From positions 1-56,710 of IMG/VR virus record IMGVR_UViG_3300031256_000055: a stretch of DNA of 56,710 nucleotides. The stretch is one strand, 5' to 3'. Shown in pieces: positions 29,255 through 38,181 of this stretch (position 1 is the stretch's first letter; each line of letters starts with the position of its first letter). This stretch comes from a virus. Taxonomy: Duplodnaviria; Caudoviricetes. Under the pieces are notes generated by a model. It was not told the origin of the DNA. It ran no database searches and was given only the letters and a program-made list of their open reading frames with translations. The position numbers were made by a program, and so were the translations under genes.

Positions 29255-30520
29255 CTATGTTTCCTCGTCGGCTATCTGAGGAAGTGTCATTCTTACAATA
29301 TAGCCATGCTCGCTCGTCAAAACCGTCGGATTATCACTGGCGGCCGCCGTGCCACCAAGAAATTGGGTATTCCAAACTGCCGGAGCAAAATACCACGCTT
29401 CCTTGTCGCCCATAATACCGAATGTGTCGCCGGGACCAACAACGTGAGTAAGATCACGCTTAAGGGCCAACCAATAATAATTATCCTTTGGTATGAATAG
29501 ATAAGCCGTATTTATTCCGCACCCGGTATAGGTTATTGTTTCATTCCCGTAATACTGGTATTTAGTGTTATACGGAATGATACGGGAAATCTCATTAATT
29601 GCCAGGAGGTTTTTTATAGTCGATCCAGGCGTAAGCTGACCACCTATACAACGCCCTATATCACGCACGCGAGTTGAATGACAAATCAGGGACAGCCCGG
29701 AAGTTACATTGTGATAATTTTTTGTCTGGAAATCCATTAAGAGACCAAGTTTCTTAATCGCTTCCTGGAAGGTATTATACATTTGCTCTTCAAATGTTGT
29801 ACCATCAGTATCGTCGGCAATAATCTTGTTATCCGGGTAGGCATAAGAAAAGATAGGTGAAAAAACAAGATCATTTTTCTTAATCATATACCCTTCAGCA
29901 ACAGCAGAGGTAACTTTTTGCATTTCAAAAATGTTATTAAACATTGTGTTATACAAGTCAGTCTGAAATCCAACACCCAGGATTTGAAACGTGATTGATT
30001 CAGTATCCCCGGTTTTAATCTGGACCATCGGGACATGTTCACCACGACCGTCTATACTCTTGAATACCGCAACATATTTGAGGAGCCACTGAACACCTAA
30101 CGGATCGGTAAACGCGTCATTCTGAATCACACGGGCAATATAACCGGTTAAATCCGGTTCATCGAGGATCCGTGCGGTAATATCTACTCTCATTGCATCC
30201 CACAGATCGGAAGCGCCGGACGGCATATGTGATACGTTCATTAAGAGTTTGTCAAATGTGTTAATTCCATTCGCTTTACATATTTTCATCCGATATTCAA
30301 TAAGATTTGACATTTTAGCTTCAGCCGCAGAGCCAACATAATTAACCCAGTTTTTACTAATTGTACGCCTAACCTGGCGGCCATTTTGAAGCCGTTCTAT
30401 TTCACCGCCTTCCTGCCTAAGCATACCCAACCCATGGTTGTTATACACTTTTATCGTATGGCTTTTTTCGTTTTCTTTATTATATTTTAACAAAAATTCT
30501 TTATCAATAATCTGTACCAT
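29255..30520 (-). CDS. Major capsid protein
   Basis: 421 aa, GGGAGG SD, follows protease/scaffold and decoration genes, followed by a terminator. Confidence 0.75.
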   Translation of the reverse strand: MVQIIDKEFLLKYNKENEKSHTIKVYNNHGLGMLRQEGGEIERLQNGRQVRRTISKNWVNYVGSAAEAKMSNLIEYRMKICKANGINTFDKLLMNVSHMPSGASDLWDAMRVDITARILDEPDLTGYIARVIQNDAFTDPLGVQWLLKYVAVFKSIDGRGEHVPMVQIKTGDTESITFQILGVGFQTDLYNTMFNNIFEMQKVTSAVAEGYMIKKNDLVFSPIFSYAYPDNKIIADDTDGTTFEEQMYNTFQEAIKKLGLLMDFQTKNYHNVTSGLSLICHSTRVRDIGRCIGGQLTPGSTIKNLLAINEISRIIPYNTKYQYYGNETITYTGCGINTAYLFIPKDNYYWLALKRDLTHVVGPGDTFGIMGDKEAWYFAPAVWNTQFLGGTAAASDNPTVLTSEHGYIVRMTLPQIADEET

Positions 30521-30534
30521 ATTTTAGCCCTCCC

Positions 30535-30936
30535 TTAAGCTACTGAAATTTGAGGCGGTGTAAATTGCACCTTGATATAATCCGCATCATCCTCGACATC
30601 CTCATAGAGATATCCTACGAGATAATCACCGGCAACTCTTACCGCGTGAAATGTAGCACCACCGGGAGTCATGAACACTGCATCGTATTTTTCACCGGCA
30701 GCAAAAGAATCATCAATTTGTGCAATCTGCCACACATCGCCAATTACAGATCGTATATTCCCCGCTTCACCATCTGTTATTCCGTCTTCGTCCGGTACAT
30801 ATCCGCAGACGTTGAACGATACCGCATCGGGATCATTGACCCACATTATAAACTGATATTGTGTAAGGTCTGCCCCCTGGTTGTTTTCATAATTATATGT
30901 CTGACCGTCGTTTCCGGCCCTTTCTAATAGATTCAT
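30535..30936 (-). CDS. Capsid decoration/cement-like protein
   Basis: 133-aa acidic, Gly-rich protein between scaffold and capsid genes. Confidence 0.55.
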   Translation of the reverse strand: MNLLERAGNDGQTYNYENNQGADLTQYQFIMWVNDPDAVSFNVCGYVPDEDGITDGEAGNIRSVIGDVWQIAQIDDSFAAGEKYDAVFMTPGGATFHAVRVAGDYLVGYLYEDVEDDADYIKVQFTPPQISVA

Positions 30937-30961
30937 ATATCACCTCACTCTTTTAATTTTA

Positions 30962-32140
30962 TCATAACTTAACAAACTGATCATTTCCAAGAATCGAATT
31001 ACTTAGTTTATCAGCTCCCGGACCCTCTGTCGAAATCAAATTTGATTCGGAATAAACATCAGCGGCCTGTTTTGACAAACTTAAAACAACCGGGTTCTTT
31101 TTCGCGGTTTCGATTTGCGCTTTCAATTCGTCTATACTTTGTTTGTTTTTTAATACAAGCGGTTCCGCGGCATTCCGGATAAGATTGTCTGTCTCAACCC
31201 CATTGACCTTCTTTTTTTCAGGACCGAATTCTTTAAACATAATTTTTTCACGCTCATTATCATACAACTGTTGTTCAACTTTACCGGCGTTTAATTTCAA
31301 TTCGTTAATTGCCGCAATTGGATTTTCACCCACGATGGTTTTTATTTCATCGATCATTTTAATTGCGTTCATATGAACATCGGTTGCAATCGGTATCTTA
31401 AGCCGATTCGCAAGATCAACAACCGAGACTGTACCGTTTGTTAGTCGATTACCCAGGTTTATAATTATTTCATCAAGTGTTAATGTATTTTCTGGCATAC
31501 TTCTTTCCTCCGTTTTATCTTTATTTATATTATTTTTATCCTGGTTTTTATCCAGGTTTTTATTAACTTTCTGTTCCATCGCTCCCATGTCACGCTCTAC
31601 GGCATCGTTGCGCTCACCTTTCGCGGACCGAATAGCTTTACGGGAAATCACATTTCCTTCCTCATCATAATCGACTGACATTTCAGGCCATGTAACAATC
31701 GAAAAATGAATAACTCCGGTTTTAACAGCCTTGATAAATGTCTCATTCGATGAGCTTTGTCCCATGGGGGGAATGTACATTTTTAATTTTATAGAGTTTC
31801 CTGATATCTCACCACCAACAACGAAAAAATCAGATTCCCCGGTTGCCCACCATTCCCAAGGGTCGGTATGCCCTGACTTTGCCCCTGGAATTGGTGCATC
31901 GTTTAATTTTGCAATATACGATTCCCAAAATTCGCGGGTGTACTCAATACCATTCGCGGGTAATGTATAATCAAGAATTTCCTCGACAACATAATAAGGC
32001 TTTTTATCGCCTGCCGTTAATACTGATAGCGAGGCGTTTGGGATGAGGTTTGGTATTGTTTCTGGTGGGATAGAGAAATTTAAAACAGTTCTGCATAAAA
32101 AAGGGGTATCGGATAGAGTTTTTTTATTAGTTATTATCAA
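30962..32140 (-). CDS. Prohead protease/scaffold-like protein (start revised to TTG 32140)
   Basis: GGGAGG SD 9 nt before the in-frame TTG; ANGIEY, KSGH, HFSI in the N-domain; helical C-terminal half. Confidence 0.6.
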   Translation of the reverse strand: MIITNKKTLSDTPFLCRTVLNFSIPPETIPNLIPNASLSVLTAGDKKPYYVVEEILDYTLPANGIEYTREFWESYIAKLNDAPIPGAKSGHTDPWEWWATGESDFFVVGGEISGNSIKLKMYIPPMGQSSSNETFIKAVKTGVIHFSIVTWPEMSVDYDEEGNVISRKAIRSAKGERNDAVERDMGAMEQKVNKNLDKNQDKNNINKDKTEERSMPENTLTLDEIIINLGNRLTNGTVSVVDLANRLKIPIATDVHMNAIKMIDEIKTIVGENPIAAINELKLNAGKVEQQLYDNEREKIMFKEFGPEKKKVNGVETDNLIRNAAEPLVLKNKQSIDELKAQIETAKKNPVVLSLSKQAADVYSESNLISTEGPGADKLSNSILGNDQFVKL

Positions 32141-32172
32141 AATATAAAGCCTCCCAGCTACTACACTATATA

Positions 32173-32200
32173 AGTATACACTTGTTAAGTAGTTTGTCAA
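32173..32200 (-). promoter_or_regulatory. Promoter of the head-tail-lysis operon
   Basis: Minus strand TTGACA-N16-TATACT; predicted transcription start near 32166. Confidence 0.65.
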
Positions 32201-32240
32201 GAAAAAAATAAAAAAAACTTAATTATTTTTTGAAAAAGAC

Positions 32241-32269
32241 TTGACTTATTACCCAAACGGGAGTATTAT
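32241..32269 (+). promoter_or_regulatory. Early promoter with operator variant, divergent from the head operon
   Basis: TTGACT-N17-TATTAT; TACCCaaacGGGAG. Confidence 0.75.
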
Positions 32270-32316
32270 ATATATAGATAGCGTGAATGAAACACGCAAG
32301 CTTGTAGGAGGGCATT

Positions 32317-32838
32317 ATGATAATTAAAGCAAATGAAATATCTAATTCATATAAAGGTTGGGTAAAGAAAATTACCCCCGACAAAGTTAATTTAAAAAAA
32401 TATAATGGATATTCCCTAATCGGGAATTTTTACAAACCGGATGAGGCTATTGTTATTGATAGCGGAGAATTTTTTGTTATTGATTCAGGGGGCAGACGCC
32501 CTGTAAGAAAATTGTATAGTTCTTCTTCAAAGGAAATAACAAAAAAAATGAGACGTTCTGTTCAAAAGAAAGCTAATTTTTCAGAAGAAATATTGGCAGG
32601 AATTGAAAATTCTATATTATATGATTTTGGTGCATATGTAGTTGCTTTATCTATTATTACAGAAAAAATAAAAACCCCTAAAAAAGAATTCAATCCTCTT
32701 GAAAAATTTACGATTGAACAGCTTATTAAAGAACTTCAAAATAGAGGGCATAATATAAAATTAGACGATAAAGATATTTTCTTAAAAAGTTCTAAACCGG
32801 AAGAAAAAGGCCGATTTGCAGCCTTAGAATTGGAATAA
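32317..32838 (+). CDS. Hypothetical protein
   Basis: 173 aa, AGGAGG SD. Confidence 0.65.
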   Translation: MIIKANEISNSYKGWVKKITPDKVNLKKYNGYSLIGNFYKPDEAIVIDSGEFFVIDSGGRRPVRKLYSSSSKEITKKMRRSVQKKANFSEEILAGIENSILYDFGAYVVALSIITEKIKTPKKEFNPLEKFTIEQLIKELQNRGHNIKLDDKDIFLKSSKPEEKGRFAALELE

Positions 32839-32842
32839 TATT

Positions 32843-33157
32843 ATGAAAATAAAAACATATACAATTGAGAAAAATGTAAGAGATAATATCAAAGTCTGGG
32901 GGGCTATTATAGTCGGATTACACCCTAAATATAATTTTAATCGAGTGTTTTCTTCATATCGATATTTAAATGATTGTAGTTCAAAACACGCTTATTATGA
33001 TTATTATATTGATGTGGAGGAAAATCAAATAATAGAAATAGGCATCAAAAGTCAATATAAAAACAAAAGATTATATTACCATCTTAATAACGGTCAATTT
33101 GTTTGCATTAAACAAGAAGATGTTGTAAGGATTTTAAATGAACAAGAAGTGGCTTAA
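32843..33157 (+). CDS. Hypothetical protein
   Basis: 104 aa, coupled to the next gene. Confidence 0.6.
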   Translation: MKIKTYTIEKNVRDNIKVWGAIIVGLHPKYNFNRVFSSYRYLNDCSSKHAYYDYYIDVEENQIIEIGIKSQYKNKRLYYHLNNGQFVCIKQEDVVRILNEQEVA

Positions 33158-34400
33158 TATAAATGTCTTAGAAGCTGCAAAAGAAAGGATTAAATATATA
33201 TTCGATGAATTTGAATGTATTTATATTTCTTTTTCGGGTGGAAAAGATTCAACGGTTATGCTTCATCTGGTAATGGATGAATGTATAAAGCGTAATAAAA
33301 AGATAGGGTTACTATTTATTGACTGGGAAGCTCAATACAAGTACACAATAGAACACATTAAAAAATGTCTTGAATTGTATAAAGAATATATAGACATATA
33401 TTGGGTGGCGTTACCGTTAAAAACAACCAATTCGGTTTCTCAATTCGAACCTGAATGGATATGCTGGGAAAGGGGGAAAGAAGATATATGGGTAAGAGAA
33501 TTACCAAATAATTGTATATCTGCTTATAATTTTTTTGATTTTTATCATTATGGGATGTTATTTGAAGAATTCATTTTTGAATTTGGTAAATGGTATCAAA
33601 AAAGACAAGCGGGTAATAATGAATACACTAATATTCACACGGCTTGTCTTATAGGAATAAGAACTGACGAAAGCTTTAATCGACTCTTGAAATTAAGAGT
33701 TGAAAAATATAGAACTTTTTATAAAAAGAAAAAATGGATTCTTAAGCAGAAATCGACACAAAGGAATATTTTTTCTGTGCATCCTATTTATGATTGGAAA
33801 ACAAAAGATGTTTGGACTTATACAGGAAAATACGATAAGATTTATAATAAATTATATGATAGGATGCATCAAGCGGGTGTTAAATTATCTCAGCAAAGAA
33901 TATGTGAACCGTATGGGGATGAACAAAAAAAGGGATTATGGTTATTCCATATTATCGAACCCGAAACATGGGGTAAGATAGTTTCCCGAGTTAATGGTGC
34001 TAATAGTGGAGCTTTATATGCTAAAGAGAATGGAAGTATTACAGGTAGAATAAAAATAACAAAGCCAGAAAATCATACATGGGAATCCTTTGCGAGATTT
34101 TTATTAAATTCTATGCCAACAGCAACCAGAGAACATTATGAAAATAAAATATTGATTTATATTAATTATTGTAACAGTCAAAATATTCCTATTCCCTATT
34201 TTCAAGACAAAGATACAGGGACAAAAGATATTCCTTCATGGAGAAGAATATGTAAATGTTTACTTAAAAATGATTATTGGTGTTATATGCTTTCTTTTTC
34301 CGCAAATAGAAGTGAATTGATTGATAAATATTTAAAAATGATGAGACGTAGAAAACAAACGCAAAGATTTCAACAATTAAAAAAAAGACATCAATTATAA
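33138..34400 (+). CDS. PAPS-reductase-family / DUF3440 protein (IbrA-like)
   Basis: ISFSGGKDS PP-loop, FIDWEAQY, IGIRTDESFNR, PIYDW, QRICEPYG, SWRRICKCLLKNDYWC. Confidence 0.88.
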   Translation: MNKKWLNINVLEAAKERIKYIFDEFECIYISFSGGKDSTVMLHLVMDECIKRNKKIGLLFIDWEAQYKYTIEHIKKCLELYKEYIDIYWVALPLKTTNSVSQFEPEWICWERGKEDIWVRELPNNCISAYNFFDFYHYGMLFEEFIFEFGKWYQKRQAGNNEYTNIHTACLIGIRTDESFNRLLKLRVEKYRTFYKKKKWILKQKSTQRNIFSVHPIYDWKTKDVWTYTGKYDKIYNKLYDRMHQAGVKLSQQRICEPYGDEQKKGLWLFHIIEPETWGKIVSRVNGANSGALYAKENGSITGRIKITKPENHTWESFARFLLNSMPTATREHYENKILIYINYCNSQNIPIPYFQDKDTGTKDIPSWRRICKCLLKNDYWCYMLSFSANRSELIDKYLKMMRRRKQTQRFQQLKKRHQL

Positions 34401-34966
34401 TGAAGATAAGAGAGGTTAAAATGGATTTACAAATATTATCTAACGAACAGGCTTTAACAGAATTAAATTTTGTTAAAGATAATCCCGTATCAAAAATATA
34501 TTGGATTCCTATTTATATGATTTCTGCAAATAATTATAACCCTAATTCAGTAGCTAAACCAGAAATGGAATTATTAGAATTGAGTATTAACAAAGATGGA
34601 TATACACAACCAATTGTTGTTTGGAAAATTGATCAGGACAAATTTGAAGTCGTAGACGGATTTCATAGATACTTAATTGGTAAAAATAAATTAAAACTAT
34701 CTCATCTGCCTTGTGTAATAATAAATAAAGATCGTATAGACCGGAATGATAGAATTGCTTCAACAATAAGACATAATAGAGCAAGGGGAAAGCATAAGGT
34801 TGAATCTATGAGTGATATAGTCGTCGAATTATCTCGAAGGAATTGGAGTGATAAAAGAATAGCAAAAGAACTGGGTATGGATCAAGATGAAATTTTGAGA
34901 TTGAAACAGGTTACAGGACTTGCTGATTTATTTAAAGATGAAGAGTTTAGTCAGGCATGGGAATAA
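34400..34966 (+). CDS. ParB/Srx-like nuclease-domain protein (IbrB-like)
   Basis: ANNYNPNSVA, DGYTQPIV, VVDGFHR, ASTIRHNRARGKH, C-terminal HTH, FSQAWE. Confidence 0.88.
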   Translation: MKIREVKMDLQILSNEQALTELNFVKDNPVSKIYWIPIYMISANNYNPNSVAKPEMELLELSINKDGYTQPIVVWKIDQDKFEVVDGFHRYLIGKNKLKLSHLPCVIINKDRIDRNDRIASTIRHNRARGKHKVESMSDIVVELSRRNWSDKRIAKELGMDQDEILRLKQVTGLADLFKDEEFSQAWE

Positions 34967-34995
34967 AAATAATTAAATTATTTTCACTTTACCTA

Positions 34996-35024
34996 TTGAC
35001 TTATTACTCGTTTAGGTATATATT
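34996..35024 (+). promoter_or_regulatory. Early promoter with operator variant
   Basis: TTGACT-N17-TATATT; TACTCgtttAGGTA. Confidence 0.75.
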
Positions 35025-35070
35025 GTATATATAAGGGTTGCAGAAAACAACCTAAACCAAGGAGGCGATT

Positions 35071-35268
35071 ATGATAGACAATACAATAATTAGTGCTATA
35101 GTTGAAGGGCAAATAAGAAAAATTATTGCCCTTTGTGACACAAAAATAGCCCAGGGTGACCGGGTTGAAAACATGCAAAGAATAAAAAAAAGTGCGCAAC
35201 AAGTAGTTGATTCAGGCGATGATGATCTAATGGTTGCATGGTGTCAAAAAATGGGCGTTAAGCTTTAA
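35071..35268 (+). CDS. Hypothetical protein
   Basis: 65 aa, AAGGAGG SD. Confidence 0.65.
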   Translation: MIDNTIISAIVEGQIRKIIALCDTKIAQGDRVENMQRIKKSAQQVVDSGDDDLMVAWCQKMGVKL

Positions 35269-35269
35269 C

Positions 35270-35425
35270 GTTCCGGTGTCGCGAAGCCGGTAAGAGTCGG
35301 GTAATTTCCCGGCGTAACGGTGTGTCGGGTAATCGTGCCAATCCTGACAGTTCACGTGAGACTATACCACGAATCCAAATTAAAACGGTCGGTGTAAAGC
35401 CTCCCAGCTATTACGCCGACCTCGG
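35270..35425 (+). ncRNA. Putative multi-hairpin regulatory RNA with an anti-SD loop
   Basis: GC-rich intergenic island with several stems; last hairpin 35387-35421 exposes CTCCCA and is complementary to the late 5' UTR 32141-32166. Confidence 0.65.
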
Positions 35426-35433
35426 GAGGAAAG

Positions 35434-36907
35434 ATGTTTATTATTATATTGTTTTTACCTGCATATCTATTGTCAGGATATGGTGTCTTTAAAGGATTAA
35501 TTGATAAAAATATATATTCAATAGCTTCCTGGGGTTGTTTGATGATAGTGATATCTATTTTTGTGATAGGAATAGAAATATGCAATTCAATAAACAACAT
35601 AAACAAAAGAACAACAAATTAAGGAGTGACAGCCATGACAACGATTGATAAAATTGCAACCGTAGATTTTTTGAAAGAAATCTACAAAAAAATCAAACCG
35701 TCAAACACCAAAGGGATAACTATATCTCATCCCTTGTTTGTGTTTGATAAGCCGGAAAAGGAAAGTCACCTTGCTAAACTCATCATAAAACTTGAAGAGG
35801 AGATATTCTTTGATGAAAACGGAGAATAACGCCGAGACAATAACCTGCATAATATATATCAATAATGAACCTTTTTTATGTTTTCCGGAATCGAAGGAAG
35901 TTTATAATGAAATGATATATTACAAACTTCCTTATCAGAAAAGGGCAAGATTCAGATTGTCTGAAATACCAAATCTTAAATTCAGGTTTTTAGAAATTAG
36001 AGAATCATTATATAACGGATTCTTTAAAATCAATTGTGAAATGGAGTAAATTATGAAAGATGAAATTGTTTATAAAGAAAAATATCGAAAACCAGGTGTG
36101 AAACATATTAAACCTCCTGTGGTTGATAGCGACATGGAATGCTTTGAGGCTTATACAATCGAAGCGGGGATAATTGAAAGAGACGGGCAACGGCTTGAAT
36201 ATCAAATTATTAAAGCTTTTTTTAAAGAGAAGGATATTAATCATGACAATAAACGATTTTTTAAATATGGATGTAATTGCATTAAGTAATTATATTGATG
36301 ACAAAAAACATTATGATAAAATATCAAAAGATTTGTATCGTTCAACCTGCGAATGTATAGATGCGATAGACGCATTAAGCAATGAAAATTTTCCCGTTAA
36401 TACTGCAGGTAATAGACAGATGAATGTAATCGTAATTGAGATACTCAAAGACTATACCGAACGAATAAAACGAGGTGAAATAAAATGAAGAAATGTATTT
36501 TTTTATATTCCCGAATATACACAATATTAAAAAACACAAAACGTAAAAAAGACAGGATAAAAAATAAAAGACTATTTACATGCAAAAACTTTATGGCAAC
36601 AAACCTGAACGTAAGCAAACCTTTTAAAAATAGGTTTCTACATTGCTTTTTATGTCCGTTCAAAGAAAAGGAGTAACCCATGAACCCATCAGATCAGGAG
36701 TATAATGATATAATGAGACAAACACCCGAGAAACCGCGGTGTAAAGTCTGTGATAATGAATTCGCCGACAGAGACCCGAAAATTAAAACGGTCTTATTAT
36801 TAAATTACGATGCTAAAGATAACGCTCCGATATATGGTGAATTCTATATTTGCCGGGGGTGCATTTACCGTATATCAGCAACGATTGATGTTATGTTACA
36901 AGATTAA
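35434..36907 (+). other. Run of small, translationally coupled hypothetical genes (35434, 35626, about 35813, 36053, about 36243, 36485, 36680)
   Basis: Tightly packed 60-105 aa ORFs, several with SDs; no recognisable motifs. Confidence 0.55.
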
Positions 36908-37914
36908 GCCGCAAGATATACATTACTGTACCATGAGTCAAGATGCGGAACTCCTATACCTTTTCCCCATTCGATTAGATCCTCTACGAATTTATCGCGG
37001 CTCATAATCTTTTGAGTTATATAGCATAAGCAATTCGGATGAGGAAAATCAGGAACACTCCCTTCCTGGTACGGTGAATCCGCCGCAAGATCCGGACAAA
37101 TACAATTTTCATGAGATACACCTCCGGTTAGATTCCATATATATTCCAATATCGCCGGGTTTAATTTTCCTTGCAATTTCGCGGCATCCTGCAGGGATAT
37201 ATACAATTCCGATCTTGCAAGACGCATCGCCCTCCAATCTATATTTTTAGGGATGCGTTTCCTGAATTTGCCGGATCCACTGACAAGATCCCCGTATCGT
37301 TTCATCAATCCCGACTTGCCCTTGTTAGCATATACTGACAAGTCTTTTGCTATATCCAAGACATCCCGCCCCTGGGCCAACCCGGATAAGACAAGATCCT
37401 TGACATTATTTTCCCAATATTTCGCTAACCCTGGCAGGTACGGTTGTTGATCGGTCCCGGGAAACCCCCATATTTTATCAGAAAATTTATACCCGTCATC
37501 CCATATCCTGTTATATGTTAATTCTATAAGATCAATATTTATTTGGGTATACAATCCTTCGATAACATCAAACTTGATTTTTTCTATATCAGCGGCCCGT
37601 AATGCATCAGAAATATATTTTATATGCGGTTTGCTTGTCTCTGTTATAGATTTATTTATTGTGTCAATTATTGATATTTCAACCTGAGCGGCTATATGCG
37701 CACCGGTATCCCTTAATGATTTTTCAAGGGCTTTAAGGGAATCGGCGGTTAATGATTTTCCACTACTTTTTATTTTAAGTGTTTTTATTTTTTCGGCGAC
37801 TTCATCCGCAGCCTTAATATATATATATGCTATCTCACGACGGATTGTACGTGTTATGCGTTTTATAGATTCCTGTGATTTTTTTTGTGCTTTGTAAAAA
37901 TCGGCTTGTGTCAA
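36904..37914 (-). CDS. Minor head morphogenesis protein (Mu gpF / SPP1 gp7-like)
   Basis: FSDKIW, AMRLARSEL, CICPDLA, PHPNCLC. Confidence 0.8.
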   Translation of the reverse strand: MTQADFYKAQKKSQESIKRITRTIRREIAYIYIKAADEVAEKIKTLKIKSSGKSLTADSLKALEKSLRDTGAHIAAQVEISIIDTINKSITETSKPHIKYISDALRAADIEKIKFDVIEGLYTQINIDLIELTYNRIWDDGYKFSDKIWGFPGTDQQPYLPGLAKYWENNVKDLVLSGLAQGRDVLDIAKDLSVYANKGKSGLMKRYGDLVSGSGKFRKRIPKNIDWRAMRLARSELYISLQDAAKLQGKLNPAILEYIWNLTGGVSHENCICPDLAADSPYQEGSVPDFPHPNCLCYITQKIMSRDKFVEDLIEWGKGIGVPHLDSWYSNVYLAA

Positions 37915-38181
37915 TTATGGTTAACCTCAAATGTCATGTTTAAGGTTCTATTATTTAGTTTATCCGGATAAAATAAAGTTAACATCCCGTATGAATAATA
38001 AACCGGGGCATTATATAGATAGATGGCTTTACCGACTTTTATTATTTTTTTCATTAAGTTTTCCTCTTAATTTTTTTTGAACATTTTTGACAAATAGTTT
38101 TTCCTTTTAATATAAATCTAACATAAGAATTCCTTCCACATTCATCACAAGTGCCTCTACCAGTTATATATTTTATTTTTT

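Noticed and set aside
32141-32200. N-terminal 20 codons of ORF 30962..32200
   Set aside because: They overlap the promoter and SD; TTG 32140 is the better start
34400-34966. ParABS partition system
   Set aside because: The ParB-like gene is the IbrB type coupled to a PAPS-reductase-like gene, and no ParA ATPase was found
35400-35429. H-type pseudoknot between loop CTCCC and the adjacent GGGAGG
   Set aside because: The 2-nt linker cannot span a stem of about 14 bp; only a mutually exclusive refold is plausible
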